Of a stretch of 32,000 nt of DNA, positions 18,403-25,625 are shown piece after piece. The stretch is from Burkholderiaceae bacterium (GTDB lineage: Bacteria > Pseudomonadota > Gammaproteobacteria > Burkholderiales > Burkholderiaceae_C): assembly GCA_965234735.1 (NCBI GenBank), contig OZ248542.1; one strand, written 5' to 3'. Position numbers and translations under genes: made by a program. A model generated the notes under the pieces. That model saw nothing but the letters and a program-made list of their open reading frames with translations. It ran no database searches and had not been told where the DNA came from. The first letter of the stretch is position 1. Each line of letters starts with the position of its first letter.

Positions 18403-18592
18403 TCAAGCTGTAAGTTTTGCTTTTGCCATTGCGAACTTTGGCAAGTCGCTTTTCTGCAAGATAGAGATCTTCCAGATCAGCCAAATGTTCAAGAATGGCC
18501 TCACGGGCGTAAAAACTCTTGGTGCGCCCAGTGGCTTTGGCTAACTTGTCAAGACGGGACTCGATATCTTCGGGAAGTCTCAGGGCTAACAT
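18368..18592 (-). CDS. Type II antitoxin, ribbon-helix-helix (CopG/RelB-like)
   Basis: 74 aa. MLALRLPEDIESRLDKLAKATGRTKSFYAREAILEHL is an RHH fold signature. AGGAG RBS upstream. It lies upstream of and overlaps the toxin gene. Confidence 0.85.
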   Translation of the reverse strand: MLALRLPEDIESRLDKLAKATGRTKSFYAREAILEHLADLEDLYLAEKRLAKVRNGKSKTYSLSAVEQELGLAN

Positions 18593-18610
18593 GCACGTCT
18601 CCTAATTTGC

Positions 18611-18622
18611 TATACAAGTATA
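18611..18622. promoter_or_regulatory. Candidate toxin-antitoxin operator (TATAC-AA-GTATA dyad) in the TA promoter region
   Basis: A 5-bp inverted-repeat dyad lies about 20 nt upstream of the antitoxin start and overlaps a -10-like TATA stretch on the minus strand. RHH antitoxins typically autoregulate through such dyads. Confidence 0.35.
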
Positions 18623-18722
18623 TTTTGAATGCTTGAGCAAGGCAAATGAATCTATGGAGTTATCAAAACTCACATTCGACACCGTGCGGGGCAGGGTTGA
18701 CACGAAGGAGGGGTGGTAAGGG

Positions 18723-18741
18723 GTGTCGTGTAAAACGACAC
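18723..18741. repeat. Island repeat family, hairpin-only variant
   Basis: GTGTCGT-GTAAA-ACGACAC (7-bp stem). It is preceded at about 40 nt by CCGTGCGG, as is the copy at 25570. Confidence 0.6.
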
Positions 18742-18840
18742 TATGGTGTGGGGTTGGTATTGGTGGGTGAGGTCATGACGAGATGGGATTGCCACCATCA
18801 AATGAATTACTAGAAATGTCACATGTGTGTCACTGTTGTG

Positions 18841-18863
18841 AACGTTAGCGTAATGCTAATGTT
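18841..18863. promoter_or_regulatory. Candidate MerR-type operator dyad upstream of the MerR gene
   Basis: AACGTTAGC-GTAAT-GCTAATGTT (9-bp arms, one mismatch) lies just downstream of a TTGTGA -35-like hexamer at 18836-41. MerR regulators bind dyads within the promoter spacer. Confidence 0.35.
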
Positions 18864-18878
18864 GATAGACTTTTTTAC

Positions 18879-19238
18879 ATGAAAATTTCTGAGTTAGCCA
18901 AGAGAACAAATATTTCAACGCATCGCCTGCGACGGTATGAGGCGTTGGGGTTAATTAAATCAACCCGCTCAAAAAATAGCTATCGTGAATTTAGCGAAAG
19001 TGTTGTGCGTGAGGCTATTTTTATTAGTATGTCAAGGGAATGTGGATTCTCAATAAATTCAATAACTGATTACTTGCCAAGATTTAGAGCTGGAACTTTG
19101 ACAGCTAAAGAAATGATAGAGGCAATAAGGCAAAGAATAAAAGAAGTAAATGAAGCTATCAATACTCAATTGGATCTTAGAACAAAACTTGAGGATCATA
19201 TTGAATGGTTTAACAACAAAGCAAGGAAATCAAAATGA
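18879..19238 (+). CDS. MerR-family transcriptional regulator (no metal-binding Cys triad)
   Basis: MKISELAKRTNISTHRLRRYEALGLI is a winged-HTH of the MerR family, followed by a coiled-coil C-terminus. ATGA overlap with the next gene. Confidence 0.85.
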   Translation: MKISELAKRTNISTHRLRRYEALGLIKSTRSKNSYREFSESVVREAIFISMSRECGFSINSITDYLPRFRAGTLTAKEMIEAIRQRIKEVNEAINTQLDLRTKLEDHIEWFNNKARKSK

Positions 19239-19639
19239 ATGATAAAAAAGAATTTATTGAATCAATCAACTCAATGGCGGAATTCAATAAATGGTGCGGA
19301 ATTAGTGTGTTGAGTGCTACTGAAGGCGCTGTTGAAATTCAAATTGAGTGGCGCAAAGAAATGGGGCAGTACTCAGGCTTTCTTCATGCAGGACTGATAG
19401 GTACTTTGATTGATACGGCTTGTGGATTTGCGGCGGCAACTATGGCAAGTTCAAATTTACTTGCTTCTAACTTTTCTGTAAATTGCTTACGTCCTGCTAC
19501 TGGGGAGAAATTTATTGCCAGAGCTAGAGTCGTTAAACCAGGCAAACAACAATTTTTCACATCGTGTGATTTATTTTCAGTAACTGGTACTGAAGAAAAA
19601 TTAGTAGCTAATGGTGAAACGTTATTGTGTGTTGTGTAA
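19235..19639 (+). CDS. PaaI-family hotdog-fold thioesterase
   Basis: 134 aa. The pattern NKWCGISVLSATEGAVEIQIEWRKEM...GFLHAGLIGTLIDTACGFAA is typical of PaaI/YdiI-type thioesterases. Confidence 0.8.
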   Translation: MNDKKEFIESINSMAEFNKWCGISVLSATEGAVEIQIEWRKEMGQYSGFLHAGLIGTLIDTACGFAAATMASSNLLASNFSVNCLRPATGEKFIARARVVKPGKQQFFTSCDLFSVTGTEEKLVANGETLLCVV

Positions 19640-19640
19640 C

Positions 19641-19670
19641 AGCGTCCAGTAACGGGACTGTGAATGATCA
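19641..19670 (+). repeat. Island repeat family, 5' box only (left junction of the OMP module)
   Basis: AGCGTCCAGTAACGGGAC. The 14-mer TCCAGTAACGGGAC (19645-19658) recurs exactly at 20357-20370. Confidence 0.75.
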
Positions 19671-20279
19671 AAACTTCTTCGCCCAGCCCAATGTGATCAT
19701 GCTCAAGTTGGGTGCAATGGCAGCGCCACTCTTGAAGCTGGCAAATTCTTTTTTATTGGTTGGCAGGCTTGCCCACTCAAGAGTGATCAAGTTGTCTTGC
19801 ATGAATGTGTATCTGTATCCAAAGCCATAGCCTACGGATGAGAAATTGGGGGATGGCGACTTCACACCATCGGGGTCTGTTTTCATGTTGGTCCAGATCA
19901 GTTTGGCATATAAAAATCTGTTGTCCGTCAAATACATTCCAGGAGCAGCATAAAAGCCCCATTTGATTTTTTGGTCAATCTTTTCAGTGCCTTTGGTGAA
20001 CACTGTGACATCAGTCCCGGTACTACCCTTCAGGTAATAGTCAATGTCATAAGTGCCACCAAGAAGCACAGAGTATTTGTCATTCAAGGGAAGTTCATAT
20101 CCAGCATGAAGAATCACACTGGAGCCAGAGCCAAAGTTTTCAGTGGCAGTGGTCGTTTTCACTGACATGGTTTCATAGCTGGCGTCCACACCTATGTAGA
20201 ACCCGCTGTGATTGTTTTCTGCATGGGCTGCAAAGTTAAACAGCATAAGGGGCGCAATTAGACTGAGTGGATATTTCAT
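19668..20279 (-). CDS. Outer-membrane beta-barrel protein (OmpW/opacity-porin-like small barrel)
   Basis: The internal ATG gives the signal peptide MKYPLSLIAPLMLFNFAAHA. The protein has alternating amphipathic beta strands, aromatic girdles and a C-terminal ...ITLGWAKKF ending in Phe. Confidence 0.75.
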   Translation of the reverse strand: MKYPLSLIAPLMLFNFAAHAENNHSGFYIGVDASYETMSVKTTTATENFGSGSSVILHAGYELPLNDKYSVLLGGTYDIDYYLKGSTGTDVTVFTKGTEKIDQKIKWGFYAAPGMYLTDNRFLYAKLIWTNMKTDPDGVKSPSPNFSSVGYGFGYRYTFMQDNLITLEWASLPTNKKEFASFKSGAAIAPNLSMITLGWAKKF

Positions 20280-20350
20280 AATAAATTTCGCAAAGTGTAT
20301 GGATCGACAAATTCTATCAATTTGGCTTGTAAATTGATCACGACACTTGC

Positions 20351-20589
20351 ACGGCTTCCAGTAACGGGACGACTGATGGTGACGGTTCAGTCCGACCCTA
20401 AAGATACAGAATTGAAAACGCGTACAGGTCAAGCAGTGTGAAGTCTGCGTCCAGCGACGGCTCGGTTGAGAGATGTCGGTTTAACCCTTCCTTGTGCAGC
20501 TGGATAAAACACCCAGCAGAGGTCAAGCTGTGTGATGGATGCGTCACGCTTCAGTTGGATTGATTGATGCGGGTTCAATCCAGCAGGGT
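20351..20589 (+). repeat. Three tandem, progressively decayed copies of the island repeat
   Basis: Copy a, 20357-20398: TCCAGTAACGGGAC...GACGG-TTCAG-TCCGAC. Copy b, 20447-20503: GCGTCCAGCGACGGCTCGGTTGAGAGATGTCGG...GCAGCTGGA. Copy c, 20541-20589: GCGTCAC...TGGATTGA-N11-TCAATCCA GCAGGGT. Copies b and c are each preceded by AGGTCAAGCWGTGTGAWG. Confidence 0.7.
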
Positions 20590-20642
20590 TATCTAAGTAG
20601 GTTTCTAAATGTAGTAATGTTGATGTGTCGATTGGAGGACAT

Positions 20643-21110
20643 ATGATTTACAAAGACCGAATGACAGCACGGATGGATGGTGATTTTGTCGTCTTCCTAA
20701 TTGGGATGCGTATCAACAAGCCACTGGCATTTCACAAGTACTTGCCTGTGCTGAATGCGATGCCCAAGATGCTGACAGAGCTTTATACAAAACCAGAGTT
20801 GGGTTTGATACACCACGAGATGTGGTTTTCACGAACGATCATTTTGGTTCAATATTGGCGTTCAATGGAACTACTCATTGATTACGCAAAAAACAAAGAC
20901 TCCGCCCATTTGCCAGCTTGGCAAGCATTCAACAAAGCTGTTGGCACGGATGGTAGCGTAGGCATATGGCACGAAACATACAAAGCAGGTCAGGGCACCT
21001 ATGAAAATGTCTACGCCAATATGCCAGCCTTTGGTTTGGGTAAAGCTGGAACTTTGGTAGAAGCTAAGGGTGAGTTGAAGTCAGCGACCGATCGCTTTGC
21101 AAGCAAATAG
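20643..21110 (+). CDS. DUF4188-like protein (uncharacterised)
   Basis: The ATG at 20643 lies 6 nt after a GGAGG RBS. DGDFVVFLIGMRINK...EMWFSRTIILVQYWRSMELLIDYA matches my memory of the DUF4188 family. This is unverified. Confidence 0.6.
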   Translation: MIYKDRMTARMDGDFVVFLIGMRINKPLAFHKYLPVLNAMPKMLTELYTKPELGLIHHEMWFSRTIILVQYWRSMELLIDYAKNKDSAHLPAWQAFNKAVGTDGSVGIWHETYKAGQGTYENVYANMPAFGLGKAGTLVEAKGELKSATDRFASK

Positions 21111-21174
21111 TTGAAATACCATTATTCTTACAAATGGACAGTACTTCATGCTGAAGATAGGCAGTGGGATGGCA

Positions 21175-21240
21175 GCGTACGGCGACGGGACGATCAATAG
21201 ATGTCGGGTGAACCGACACTACGGCAGCAGGGTAGCTGAT
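21175..21240 (+). repeat. Island repeat family copy
   Basis: GCGTACGGCGACGGGACGATCAAT, then AGATGTCGGGTGAACCGACACT (21199-21220). That 22-mer is identical to 18006-18027. It is followed by CAGCAGGGTAGCTGA, related to the second hairpin of the 17981 copy. Confidence 0.8.
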
Positions 21241-21325
21241 TTCCTTTCTCAGGACATTAGCAGTACCTATTTCATTATCATGATGGTTATTTCGAAAAAA
21301 ACTGTTAGGCATTGAGAATCTTCAG

Positions 21326-22372
21326 ATGAACCGCTCTGGTGTTGTATTTGCATTATTGGCAGCATTCTTATTTGGTGCCAGTACACCCCTTGCCAAACTA
21401 CTGATTGGCGACGTCCCGCCTGTGTTGCTAGGCGGCTTGCTCTACTTGGGGAGCGGTGTTGGTTTGAGTGTTTATAGACTTGTACGTGACAAATCATGGC
21501 ATGCATCGGGCATGCAGGCTGGCGAATGGAAATGGCTCGCAGGTGCCATATTCTTCGGGGGAGTGCTGGGACCAGTTGCCCTGATGTATGGCTTGATCAG
21601 CACCTCGGGATCAACGGCTTCTTTAATGCTGAATTTGGAATCGGTGTTGACTGCAGTTATTGCTTGGGTCGTCTTCAAAGAAAACGCAGACAAGCGTATC
21701 GTTTTGGGAATGTTGGCTATCGTATTGGGTGGTGTTGTACTTACATTTCAACCTGACACGAAAGAAAGTGGTTCTTCATTGTTGGGCTTGTCAGCCATTG
21801 CCTTGGCATGCACATGCTGGGCAATAGACAACAATTTGACACGAAAGGTATCCGCCTCAGACCCAGTGTTCATAGCCAGCACCAAAGGTTTATTGGCTGG
21901 TATTGTGAATTGCACCATCGCTTTATTGATGGGCATGCAATTCCCAGAAATCCAAACAACTGTGGTCGCAATGACGCTGGGTTTGTGTGGTTATGGCATC
22001 AGTCTGGTGTTATTTGTCCTGGCACTCAGAGGGCTAGGTGCTGCCAGGACAGGCGCTTACTTTTCTACAGCGCCATTCATTGGTTCAGCGGTGGCACTGG
22101 TGTTTATGGGTGAAAGTGCCAGTACTGCTTTTTGGTTAGCTTCAGTGCTAATGGGACTGGGGGTTTGGTTGCACATCTCAGAAGTTCATGAGCATGAACA
22201 TACTCACGAAGTGCTTGAGCATTCACATGCACACTCACATGATGAGCACCATCAACATGATCATTCTGATGGCGAAGTGTTCAGCGACAACCATGTTCAC
22301 TGGCACAGGCATACAGCACTGAAACACAAGCATCCTCATTACCCTGACATTCATCATCAGCATTCCCATTGA
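21326..22372 (+). CDS. DMT/EamA-family transporter with a histidine-rich C-terminal tail
   Basis: 10-TM EamA-type duplication. The last 66 residues or so (22172-22369) contain 24 His (HEHEHTHEVLEHSHAHSHDEHHQHDHSD...HWHRHTALKHKHPHYPDIHHQHSH). Confidence 0.85.
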   Translation: MNRSGVVFALLAAFLFGASTPLAKLLIGDVPPVLLGGLLYLGSGVGLSVYRLVRDKSWHASGMQAGEWKWLAGAIFFGGVLGPVALMYGLISTSGSTASLMLNLESVLTAVIAWVVFKENADKRIVLGMLAIVLGGVVLTFQPDTKESGSSLLGLSAIALACTCWAIDNNLTRKVSASDPVFIASTKGLLAGIVNCTIALLMGMQFPEIQTTVVAMTLGLCGYGISLVLFVLALRGLGAARTGAYFSTAPFIGSAVALVFMGESASTAFWLASVLMGLGVWLHISEVHEHEHTHEVLEHSHAHSHDEHHQHDHSDGEVFSDNHVHWHRHTALKHKHPHYPDIHHQHSH

Positions 22373-22394
22373 CTATCGTGCCAGGGAGTATTGG

Positions 22395-22763
22395 ATGAAT
22401 TTACAATTAGCGATGATCAGAAAAACCCGAGCGATCTTTTCGTTGCTTTTGTGCTTGAATTTATTTGCCATCAGTCTGTATGGCTGCCTGATCAACTTTG
22501 CAGACAACTTGCATATGATGACGACCCACCAAGTTGCCATTGACCATCATCACCATGACTCATTTTCATTACATATCGATCATGACGATGTCAATATGGT
22601 TCATCAACATACGGTTGATTATGTTCAAAATATCGCGGTGCTGGTTGATAACAACTTATCGACACCTCTCTTGAAAGTTAGCAGAGTTCATTTGCCTCAA
22701 ATTGAACAACCTGCTTCTGCCCTTATCGAGGGTCCATTCAGACCCCCGCAATTGCCCGCTTGA
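22395..22763 (+). CDS. Small His-rich membrane-anchored/periplasmic protein, CzcI-like
   Basis: GGGAG RBS and an N-terminal TM/signal segment. HQVAIDHHHHDSFSLHIDHDDVNMVHQH. The C-terminal EGPFRPPQLPA resembles the ...DGPRKPDW end of CzcI as I recall it. Confidence 0.5.
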   Translation: MNLQLAMIRKTRAIFSLLLCLNLFAISLYGCLINFADNLHMMTTHQVAIDHHHHDSFSLHIDHDDVNMVHQHTVDYVQNIAVLVDNNLSTPLLKVSRVHLPQIEQPASALIEGPFRPPQLPA

Positions 22764-22818
22764 TCTCGAGTCCAGATGAGCAATTTGCCGTCTGTTTATT
22801 GATTTCAAAAGGGTCGTT

Positions 22819-23604
22819 ATGAAATTGAACTTTTCATTCATGAAGGGCGGTTTACTGCTCTTACTGATGCCATTGCTTGCGTTTGCACATGGCATCAGCG
22901 AAGCGGACAAGCAACGGATGTTGGATGGCGGCTATATGCAGTATGTGGGACTGGGTGCCAGTCACATGCTCACAGGCTACGACCACTTGCTGTTTTTGCT
23001 GGGCGTGGTGTTTTTCTTAAGCACTTTCAAAGACATTGTGAAGTTTGTGACTGCCTTTACTGTGGGTCACTGCATCACCTTGGTTTTTGCAACCTTTTTC
23101 CATATCACTTGGAACTTTTGGTTGGTTGACGCCATCATTGCAGTCAGTGTGATCTACAAAGGTTTTGACAACAACGGCGGTTTTCAGAAGCATTTCAATA
23201 TGTCTTCACCGAACCTGCTTGGCATGGTTTTCGCCTTTGGCTTGTTACACGGCTTTGGCTTATCCACTCGTTTGCAGCAACTTCCACTTGGTGAAGATTC
23301 GTGGCAAATGTTGCTTCGCATCCTGAGCTTCAATGTAGGTGTTGAGCTTGGACAAATTGCCGCACTGATTGTCATGGTGGGTGTACTTGCAATATTCAGA
23401 AAATCAAAGTCTTTTTTGCGATTCAGCTATTTTGCAAATTTGGGATTGATTGCAGCAGGCATATACCTGTTGTTTGTTCAATTGCATGGTTACCAGCACG
23501 ACACAAACGCAGAGCTTTTCCGATTCCCTGTTCAAGAGCATATTCATATCCACGAGGATATGGAAATTCAAAATGCAACAACTTCACCTCGAAATTCACT
23601 TTAA
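22819..23604 (+). CDS. HupE/UreJ-family membrane protein (Ni/Co-transporter-like family)
   Basis: Signal peptide ending AFAHG, then GYDHLLFLLGVVFF ... FTVGHCITL ... FGLLHGFGLS ... FNVGVELGQ, the conserved HupE_UreJ-type motifs. Confidence 0.8.
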   Translation: MKLNFSFMKGGLLLLLMPLLAFAHGISEADKQRMLDGGYMQYVGLGASHMLTGYDHLLFLLGVVFFLSTFKDIVKFVTAFTVGHCITLVFATFFHITWNFWLVDAIIAVSVIYKGFDNNGGFQKHFNMSSPNLLGMVFAFGLLHGFGLSTRLQQLPLGEDSWQMLLRILSFNVGVELGQIAALIVMVGVLAIFRKSKSFLRFSYFANLGLIAAGIYLLFVQLHGYQHDTNAELFRFPVQEHIHIHEDMEIQNATTSPRNSL

Positions 23605-23619
23605 TTCAAAGGAAAAAAC

Positions 23620-23970
23620 ATGAAAAATATTATTCAGATCTTGACATTGGTGTTAGCCATCACATCTTCTCAATCAGTCATGGCGGGTGGTGGTGAGGAT
23701 TGCCACTTTCACGGTAGCAAGCCGGCAGCCAAAGAGACAGTTCTCAAGTGTGCCGATCAGCGAGTTGAAAAATTGATTGCTCGCGGCAAGCTAGATGCCG
23801 GTTGGAAAGCCATCACTCCTGAATCCATCGCTCCAATCGATGGGGAAAAAGGCAAAGAATGGAAAATCGTCATTAAAAACCCAACTGCCTCTGACAAGAC
23901 AAAGGCAACTTTGTATTTGTTTTTTGCTGAAAATGGTAACTTCATTGCAGCGAATCACACAGGAAAGTAA
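23620..23970 (+). CDS. Small secreted protein with an N-terminal CHFHG motif (PepSY-like neighbour of HupE/UreJ genes)
   Basis: AAGGAAAA RBS and signal peptide MKNIIQILTLVLAITSSQSVMA. The mature N-terminus is GGGEDCHFHG. It is followed by a strong terminator. Confidence 0.6.
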   Translation: MKNIIQILTLVLAITSSQSVMAGGGEDCHFHGSKPAAKETVLKCADQRVEKLIARGKLDAGWKAITPESIAPIDGEKGKEWKIVIKNPTASDKTKATLYLFFAENGNFIAANHTGK

Positions 23971-23980
23971 GTAGCATTGA

Positions 23981-24020
23981 AACCAGGACAACTAGGGCGA
24001 AAGTTGCCCTGGTTTGTTTG
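23981..24020 (+). terminator. Intrinsic terminator
   Basis: Stem 23981-23993 / 24002-24014 (AACCAGGACAACT / AGTTGCCCTGGTT, 12 of 13 pairs) with an 8-nt loop, then TGTTTG. Confidence 0.65.
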
Positions 24021-24062
24021 AGTTAGGTTTAAGAATTCAATAGGAGGTAATTTGCTCTCAAT

Positions 24063-24431
24063 ATGGACAGAATAAGTTGGTGTCCACTAGAATGGCTTAT
24101 GCGTATGTGGTGCTTGACATTGTGTTTTAGTTTGATCAGTGGTTTATTCCACGCATCTGCCATGCCATTGGAATCCTTGTCAACGTCACCAGTTGGGTCT
24201 ATGACTGCTGAAAGCCACACGGCATGCCACGAAGCACAAGACACCAGCCACCAAAAATCTTGTCATATCACTGGTCATTTGTGTTGCCTAGGCTTCACCA
24301 CATTAGCAAGCCACAAGCCGCAATCTGCATTGCATTTGAATCACACGTGGAATCCAGTTTTTCGAACATTGCTTCTTCAAGAACATCCATTCAAGCAGTT
24401 CAAACCTCCCAAGCGTCCTTTCCAAATCTAA
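24063..24431 (+). CDS. Small Cys/His-rich exported protein, CzcI/DUF2946-like (second paralogue)
   Basis: Hydrophobic N-terminus. ESHTACHEAQDTSHQKSCHITGHLCCLGF. C-terminal FKPPKRPFQI. The start is uncertain because the AGGAGG at 24042-47 is 15 nt from the ATG. Confidence 0.45.
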   Translation: MDRISWCPLEWLMRMWCLTLCFSLISGLFHASAMPLESLSTSPVGSMTAESHTACHEAQDTSHQKSCHITGHLCCLGFTTLASHKPQSALHLNHTWNPVFRTLLLQEHPFKQFKPPKRPFQI

Positions 24432-24480
24432 AAAAACATCTTGCCCCTTTGAGGGCTGTTATCTTTGATTGGAGAATTTG

Positions 24481-24981
24481 ATGAACATGACGCATTACAT
24501 GGAGTTGTTGGCTGTCAACCAACCTTGGAACTTATTGATATTCATGGCCATTCCGATAGTGCTGGCGGAAACGCTGGCCATCAGCGAGTTGTATCTGCTG
24601 TCCACACGCAACTACACGGGCTGGGTCAATAGCTTGAACCGCATGGCAGGAATCACTGTGGGTTTGTATTTCATCGGGGTGATTGTGTATCTGATGAAAA
24701 CCGCCGTGTTGCCCATCACCCAAGCAGGAGAGTGGCGAACCATCATTGATGTGATTGCGGTGGGCACTTATTTGATTGGCGGCCTGCCACTCATCTACAT
24801 CGCTTTTCAGGAATTAGGATGGGTCAACACAAAAGCGACAGATGAGTCCAAGCGTCATACACATGCCATTTGTGTGGCATTGTTTTTGGTGTTCGGACAT
24901 ATCGCAATGATTGCTGGCATGTTAGATCCCTCATTGCTAGGCTATGTGCCTGAAGGCATGTCAGAGATGCACAACCATTGA
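24481..24981 (+). CDS. Hypothetical polytopic membrane protein
   Basis: ATG at 24481, 6 nt after GGAG. About 5 TM segments. The C-terminus ends in EGMSEMHNH. No family recognised. Confidence 0.6.
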   Translation: MNMTHYMELLAVNQPWNLLIFMAIPIVLAETLAISELYLLSTRNYTGWVNSLNRMAGITVGLYFIGVIVYLMKTAVLPITQAGEWRTIIDVIAVGTYLIGGLPLIYIAFQELGWVNTKATDESKRHTHAICVALFLVFGHIAMIAGMLDPSLLGYVPEGMSEMHNH

Positions 24982-24994
24982 CAGTTTGAAGTTC

Positions 24995-25033
24995 GGAAAT
25001 GGTGTCTTATCTCAAGACACCATTTCTTGTTTA
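24995..25033. terminator. Bidirectional intrinsic terminator between convergent genes
   Basis: Perfect 13-bp stem GAAATGGTGTCTT / AAGACACCATTTC with a 5-nt loop, followed by TTGTTT. Confidence 0.75.
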
Positions 25034-25048
25034 AGGCAACCATTTCCA

Positions 25049-25483
25049 CTATGCCTGTCGTGACCAAGCTTGAGGTTTTGCTGTCGCAGCAGTATTTGCC
25101 ACAAAAGCCCCGCTTTTCGGCACGATAGACGAATTTGCCGTTGTGGTAGTTGTCACAGGCATTCGGGGGGCAAGTGCTTGCTGACGCTGGGCTAGGCTCT
25201 GAGCCTGTGGGTTGGCAGCTGGGGGTTGACTGGGCTTGGCGCTGGGGTTCTCTGGGGGTGGGGCTTTCTTGGGTGGGGGTGTCTTGGGGGAGGGCATGGG
25301 TGCAGCTGATCTGCTTTTGCCTTTGCGACCACCCCGAGGTTTCAGCTTGGCCTTGGCTGCTTTGGCCTGCTCAGCTTGTGCTTGTTGCTGACGCTGGGTT
25401 TCAATGGCCTGCCAAACACTGTCACTGACCAAGCGCCACAAGGCCATTTGATCTTCGGCACTGGCAATTTCATTGATACGCAT
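25049..25483 (-). CDS. Hypothetical protein with Pro/Lys/Ala/Gln-rich low-complexity C-terminal half
   Basis: 144-aa ORF with a structured-looking N-terminus (MRINEIASAEDQMALWRLVSDSVWQAIE) followed by low complexity. Coding status is plausible but unproven. Confidence 0.45.
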   Translation of the reverse strand: MRINEIASAEDQMALWRLVSDSVWQAIETQRQQQAQAEQAKAAKAKLKPRGGRKGKSRSAAPMPSPKTPPPKKAPPPENPSAKPSQPPAANPQAQSLAQRQQALAPRMPVTTTTTANSSIVPKSGAFVANTAATAKPQAWSRQA

Positions 25484-25569
25484 CCCCGACTCCTTTTCTT
25501 TTATTTATCAGAAAAGTACTCAGGGCATATTCAAAAACCTAGGCCGTGCGGTTCCAGCCCGGGTTCCGG

Positions 25570-25588
25570 GTGTCGGTTCAACCGACAC
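25570..25588. repeat. Island repeat family, hairpin copy
   Basis: GTGTCGG-TTCAA-CCGACAC, preceded by CCGTGCGG about 25 nt upstream. A second unrelated 9-bp hairpin CAGGCCTGA-N7-TCAGGCCTG follows at about 25597-25621. Confidence 0.65.
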
Positions 25589-25625
25589 TGCGTGAACAGG
25601 CCTGAATTTCAATCAGGCCTGATGT

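Noticed and set aside
17000-25600. Classical integron cassette array (CALIN) interpretation of the repeat-separated modules.
   Set aside because: No IntI-type integrase is present; the only recombinase is 190 aa without the IntI insertion. Module orientations are mixed. The boxes (CCAGCAAC/GTTGCTGG) fit the RYYYAAC/GTTRRRY R-box consensus only at the AAC/GTT triplet. I kept it as an analogy in the findings, not as a call. An attC covariance-model scan is needed to settle it.
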